64,000 nucleotides of DNA from the sequence record SRR20825019_1453. One strand, given 5' to 3'. Positions 60,035 to 64,000 of the stretch are shown piece by piece. A program made the position numbers and the translations under genes. Below the pieces are notes generated by a model. That model had not been told where the DNA came from. It saw only the letters and a list, made by a program, of their open reading frames with translations, and did no database searches. Within the stretch, counting starts at the first letter, position 1. Each line of letters begins with the position of its first letter.

Positions 60035-62187
60035 TTTTTGATTCCTTCTAAGTCGAGAATAAATGCATATTCTAGCGCAACTTCCTTGTATCGTTCAAAT
60101 CTTCCTGAGGCACCACCGTGACCAACTTTCATATTACAATGCATCATGAGTTTGTTGGAGTCGGTTTTGTATTCTCGCAATTTGGCGATCCATTTAGCAG
60201 GTTCCCAATACTGTACTTGGCTGTCCCAGTAACCTGTCGTAATTAGTAAGTTTGGATATTCCTTTTTCTCAATATTGTCATACGGAGAGTATGATTTAAT
60301 GTATTCGTAGTACGTTTTATCTTTTGGATTTCCCCATTCGTCAAACTCTCCTGTAGTCAAGGGAATCGATTCATCCAACATGGTAGAAACGACATCCACA
60401 AATGGAACTTGAGCAATAACGCCATTCCATAATTTTGGTTCAATATTGATAATTGCTCCCATCAATAATCCACCAGCACTTCCACCTTGGGCATACAAAT
60501 GCTCCGAAGAAGTAAAATTGTTTTTAATCAAGTGTTTTCCACAATCTATGAAATCATAAAAGGTATTTTTCTTTTTCAAGAGTTTCCCGTTTTCGTACCA
60601 TTCACGTCCCATTTCTTGACCTCCACGAATATGTGCAATGGCAAAAGCAAATCCTCGATCGAGTAAACTCAAACGAACAGAACTAAAATATGGATCCATC
60701 GTTGCACCGTAAGAACCGTATCCATAAAGCAAGAGAGGTGATTTTCCGTCTTTTTTATATCCTTTTTTGTAAACGATAGAAATAGGAACTTTTACTCCGT
60801 CTCGCGATGTTGCGAAGATGCGCTCTGAAACATAATTCTCAGAAGAGAACTTTCCTCCAAGAACTTCTTGTTGTTTGAGTTGTGTGCGTTTTTTGGTTTT
60901 CAGGTTGTAATCGTAAACGGTATGTGGAGTCGTTAACGACGTGTAATTGAATCGCAATACATCTGTAGCAAATTCTGGATTGTCAAAAGTACCCGCAGAA
61001 TATGTTGGGTCATTAAAAGAAATGTAATGTTCAGAATTGTCAGCCCATTTAATTACGCGCAATTGGTTTAATCCATCTTTACGCTCTGAAACAACCAAGT
61101 AATCTTTGAAAATGTCAATTCCTTCGAGTAGAACATTTGAACGGTGTGCGATCACTTCAGTCCAGTTGTCCTTCGATGTTTTTGCAACGGGTGTTTTCAT
61201 CAAACGGAAATTCTTCGCTTTATGATTTGTAACGATATAGAAATCATCCCCATAATGATCTACGGAATATTCCAAATCTCTTTCACGAGGCTGAATGACC
61301 TTCCAAGTTCCCTCTGGATTGTCAGCATCTAAGTAGCGATATTCCGTTGAAAGCGTTTGGTATGAAGCAATCATTAGGAATTTGCGCGATTTAGTTTTGA
61401 AAACCGTACATCCGAATGTCTCATCCTTTTCTTCAAAAACGACTACATCGGCATTTTGATCCGTTCCCAATGTATGTCTGTAAATTCGGTAAGATCGCAA
61501 AGTGATAGGATCTTTCTTTGAATAGAAAAAGCTCTTGTTATCATTCGCCCAAGTGATTCGCCCTTCTGTATTTTCAATTTTGTCGCTCAGTGTTTTTCCT
61601 GTCTTCAAATTCTTCACGTGGATGGTATATTGTCTGCGTGAAACGAGATCCAAGCTATATGCGAGTAATTCATTATTCTCACTCACTGATTGATCACCCA
61701 CGGCAAAATAACTCTTTCCTTTAGCCATTTTAGGACAATCCAGCATGATTTCTTCTTTCCCCGATTCTGAACCTTCTTTTCTACAGTAGAAAGGATAATC
61801 TTGACCTTCGGCATAGCGACTATAATACACGTAGCCGTTCACTTTCACAGGAACCGACTCATCATCTTGCTTGATGCGCCCAACAATTTCATCGTAAAGC
61901 GATTTTTGTAAAGGCTCAGTATGCTTCATTACTTGCGACAGGTAATCGTTCTCTGCGTTGAGATAATCTAGAACGTCCTTTGTTTGAGCATCTGGAGTTG
62001 TGGCATTCTTTTGCTCGTCAGAAAGTCGCATCCAGAAGTAGTTATCTATACGCTCATCCCCATGAGTCGTTATTTTCTCTTCAATTTTTTTTGCCTGTGG
62101 AGGTGTAATCATATTTTGTGGTGTATCTGATGTAGATGAACAACTCGCAATAATACTGAGAATGCTTAAATGAACGATTTTTTTCAT
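60031..62187 (-). CDS. ptrB: Oligopeptidase B (S9A), lipoprotein signal
   Basis: DNYFW, YGYGSYG, GGSAGG nucleophile, DSQV and GHGG motifs; lipobox IASC. Confidence 0.92.
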   Translation of the reverse strand: MKKIVHLSILSIIASCSSTSDTPQNMITPPQAKKIEEKITTHGDERIDNYFWMRLSDEQKNATTPDAQTKDVLDYLNAENDYLSQVMKHTEPLQKSLYDEIVGRIKQDDESVPVKVNGYVYYSRYAEGQDYPFYCRKEGSESGKEEIMLDCPKMAKGKSYFAVGDQSVSENNELLAYSLDLVSRRQYTIHVKNLKTGKTLSDKIENTEGRITWANDNKSFFYSKKDPITLRSYRIYRHTLGTDQNADVVVFEEKDETFGCTVFKTKSRKFLMIASYQTLSTEYRYLDADNPEGTWKVIQPRERDLEYSVDHYGDDFYIVTNHKAKNFRLMKTPVAKTSKDNWTEVIAHRSNVLLEGIDIFKDYLVVSERKDGLNQLRVIKWADNSEHYISFNDPTYSAGTFDNPEFATDVLRFNYTSLTTPHTVYDYNLKTKKRTQLKQQEVLGGKFSSENYVSERIFATSRDGVKVPISIVYKKGYKKDGKSPLLLYGYGSYGATMDPYFSSVRLSLLDRGFAFAIAHIRGGQEMGREWYENGKLLKKKNTFYDFIDCGKHLIKNNFTSSEHLYAQGGSAGGLLMGAIINIEPKLWNGVIAQVPFVDVVSTMLDESIPLTTGEFDEWGNPKDKTYYEYIKSYSPYDNIEKKEYPNLLITTGYWDSQVQYWEPAKWIAKLREYKTDSNKLMMHCNMKVGHGGASGRFERYKEVALEYAFILDLEGIKK

Positions 62188-62288
62188 GGAGATTAAATTT
62201 CGGAGATCAAGTTAATTAAATTTCGAATTAGATGATTGAATTTTAACATCGTTTGTTTGATTGTTCCTTGTAATCTGATACTTACATC

Positions 62289-62389
62289 GGTTCAGAGGGG
62301 TGTTTTTCACTTTTTTGAGTTTGGATAGGAAAATGAGATGTTTAAACCCTTTTAGACCTGAAAATCATCCAAATGAATGAGGCGGAATT
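62289..62389 (+). ncRNA. TPP-riboswitch-like structured leader (divergent variant)
   Basis: Motif order GGGGTG...TGAGA...ACCC...ACCTGA...AGG with pairable P2, P3, P4 and P5; L5 and J5/4 deviate from consensus. Confidence 0.5.
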
Positions 62390-62475
62390 CACCAGAATGT
62401 TGTTAAATTGTGATAAGTCAGCAGTTAAGGCAAAGTGTCTGATGATAATTGTTGATGTAACCTAAATGAATCATT

Positions 62476-64000
62476 ATGAGATTTTTAAAAAACAAAAGCT
62501 TTTGGCGTCTAGTTTCTTTTGGCGCTTTATGTATCCCTTTTTCGGGTAAGCTTAACGCTCAAAACAATTTCCCCATTCTATTAAGTTCCAATGGAGCCGA
62601 TGTACACATTGAATCAATGGATGTAGATGCTGGTGGGGACATTTATGTAACAGGTAGAATAGGCTCGTACAATCAATTTACATTTGCTCCTGGAACATGC
62701 GGTTGGAATGTAAATGCTAGTCCGGGGTCGTATCCACCTCCTTTTACTGGTTCGCACAACGATTTTTTCGCGGCGCGTTTTCATCCTGATCCATCGATGT
62801 CATCAAATAAACTGGTTTGGATGGTAGTAGGAAGAAGTACAATCAGTACAACATCACCATTTTCCTCTGGTAAGGATATCGAAGTGGACAGTGGTGAAAA
62901 TGCTTATGTAGTTGGTTCCACTGAGGGTTCCGTTGAAATTAAGCGTGTATATCCGGGGCCACTTTACCCATCTATTCCAATGTGCCCAGGAACAACAGCG
63001 AGTAGATTTTTTGTCTTGAAAATAGATGCAAACGGAGTCCCGAATTGGGTTGCTGATATGCGCGCTGAAACGTGGGGAATCTCTCACGGAGAAGCAGTTG
63101 CACTTGATGAAGAGAATAACCGATTGTTTGTAGGAGGTTACACGATGGTGAATGGTTCGGCGCAAGTAATGACGATGAGAAATGCGGATTGCACGGATCA
63201 GTGTTCTTTTTTAGCCACACCAACATCTACTGGAAATCAAGGGTTTATTGCAGAATATACCATGGGCGGGGTGAATATGCGTGGAGATACGCTTGGCGAG
63301 CGAGTAATGGCACTTGCGGTTGACAAAACAGATCACGAACACGTTTGGGCAACTGGCGGGATTATTGGAACTGACCTGAATGTGATGCTTGCTGATGTCT
63401 TTATGGATGTTGTGGATGATCCTTGTATTAATTTCTCCGCTTCATTTGTGCCTATCTGGGGAGTGGGTGATGACCTTGGAATGGACATTGCTTTTACCAA
63501 TAACAACGTTGTTATGCTTACTGGCGCGTTTACGCATCAACTGATCTGGACAACAGGATCTCTTCCTCCAATTGGTTCAACGAACACAGACATTTTTGTC
63601 GGGAGGTATGATATTGGATTGACTAACTTCCGAACAACTTCTTCCATTCCTTTTGGTTTAGCTTCTACCGTAAACTCTACACCATACTACTTGCGAACAA
63701 GTTGTATAGGCTCAGATGACATAAATGTTGGAAGTAATCGCGTTTTAATCGGTTATGATGCCGCACCTTATGGAGTGCTAGAGTCGCAAGAAATTAATTC
63801 TTCGTTAGGTTTTATATCTACAGTTTCAACGATTACTCCAAGTGGATCAGCAGATAAAGCACGCGCTATGGAAATTGATTACTCTATTTTAGGAGCAGCT
63901 GGAGAACGTTATTTCGCTGGAGATTTTCTAGCGTCATCAGGAGGAGGAATGTTCGATTTCAACATTTGTACAATGGGATCATCATCTACATTTAAGGAAG
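62476..64000 (+). CDS. Secreted beta-propeller (SBBP-like repeat) protein, 3'-truncated by the window
   Basis: Absent from the ORF track because it has no stop; I read it open from ATG 62476 to the window end. Signal peptide MRFLKNKSFW...LNAQ; blades MDVDAGGDIYVTG, IEVDSGENAYVVG and VALDEENNRLFVGG. Confidence 0.82.
   Translation, partial: MRFLKNKSFWRLVSFGALCIPFSGKLNAQNNFPILLSSNGADVHIESMDVDAGGDIYVTGRIGSYNQFTFAPGTCGWNVNASPGSYPPPFTGSHNDFFAARFHPDPSMSSNKLVWMVVGRSTISTTSPFSSGKDIEVDSGENAYVVGSTEGSVEIKRVYPGPLYPSIPMCPGTTASRFFVLKIDANGVPNWVADMRAETWGISHGEAVALDEENNRLFVGGYTMVNGSAQVMTMRNADCTDQCSFLATPTSTGNQGFIAEYTMGGVNMRGDTLGERVMALAVDKTDHEHVWATGGIIGTDLNVMLADVFMDVVDDPCINFSASFVPIWGVGDDLGMDIAFTNNNVVMLTGAFTHQLIWTTGSLPPIGSTNTDIFVGRYDIGLTNFRTTSSIPFGLASTVNSTPYYLRTSCIGSDDINVGSNRVLIGYDAAPYGVLESQEINSSLGFISTVSTITPSGSADKARAMEIDYSILGAAGERYFAGDFLASSGGGMFDFNICTMGSSSTFKE

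Noticed and set aside
62420-62445. GGCAAA as the start of a c-di-GMP-I riboswitch
   Set aside because: No GNRA-capped P2, no second GCAAA and no P3 stem follow.
62854-63226. Two minus-strand ORFs in the track at the window end
   Set aside because: They are shadows of the long plus-strand ORF starting at 62476.

Overview
AT-rich bacterial chromosomal segment that looks like Bacteroidota, probably Flavobacteriales. The evidence is type IX secretion C-terminal domains, TAnnTTTG -7 promoter elements, and the exbB-hyp-exbD-exbD, asnS-rpoN and dut-TPR-DUF4292-EnvC gene orders. Most of the window is housekeeping and envelope genes: pth, asnS, rpoN, lysS, hemJ, dut, an RprXY-like two-component system, flippase/Wzz/ligase genes, alpha-2-macroglobulin, ppx, der, era and ptrB. 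I recognised no rRNA, tRNA, CRISPR array, transposase or integrase. Two things stand out. (1) A three-gene island sits between pth and asnS (12573-16977). It encodes an 849-aa signal-less protein with a possible beta-pore/translocon hairpin, a coupled 385-aa protein with a candidate papain-like Cys-His-Asp triad, and a DKNYY-like lipoprotein. It is preceded by 22-bp-phased direct repeats and followed by a degenerate 42-bp tandem array. By inference this is a carrier-effector-immunity toxin module with no visible export route. (2) A TPP-riboswitch-like fold at about 62289-62389 keeps the pyrimidine-sensing half but has an altered pyrophosphate-sensing half, and it lies upstream of a secreted beta-propeller gene rather than a thiamine gene. 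All functional calls come from reading motifs by eye; no database searches were run.
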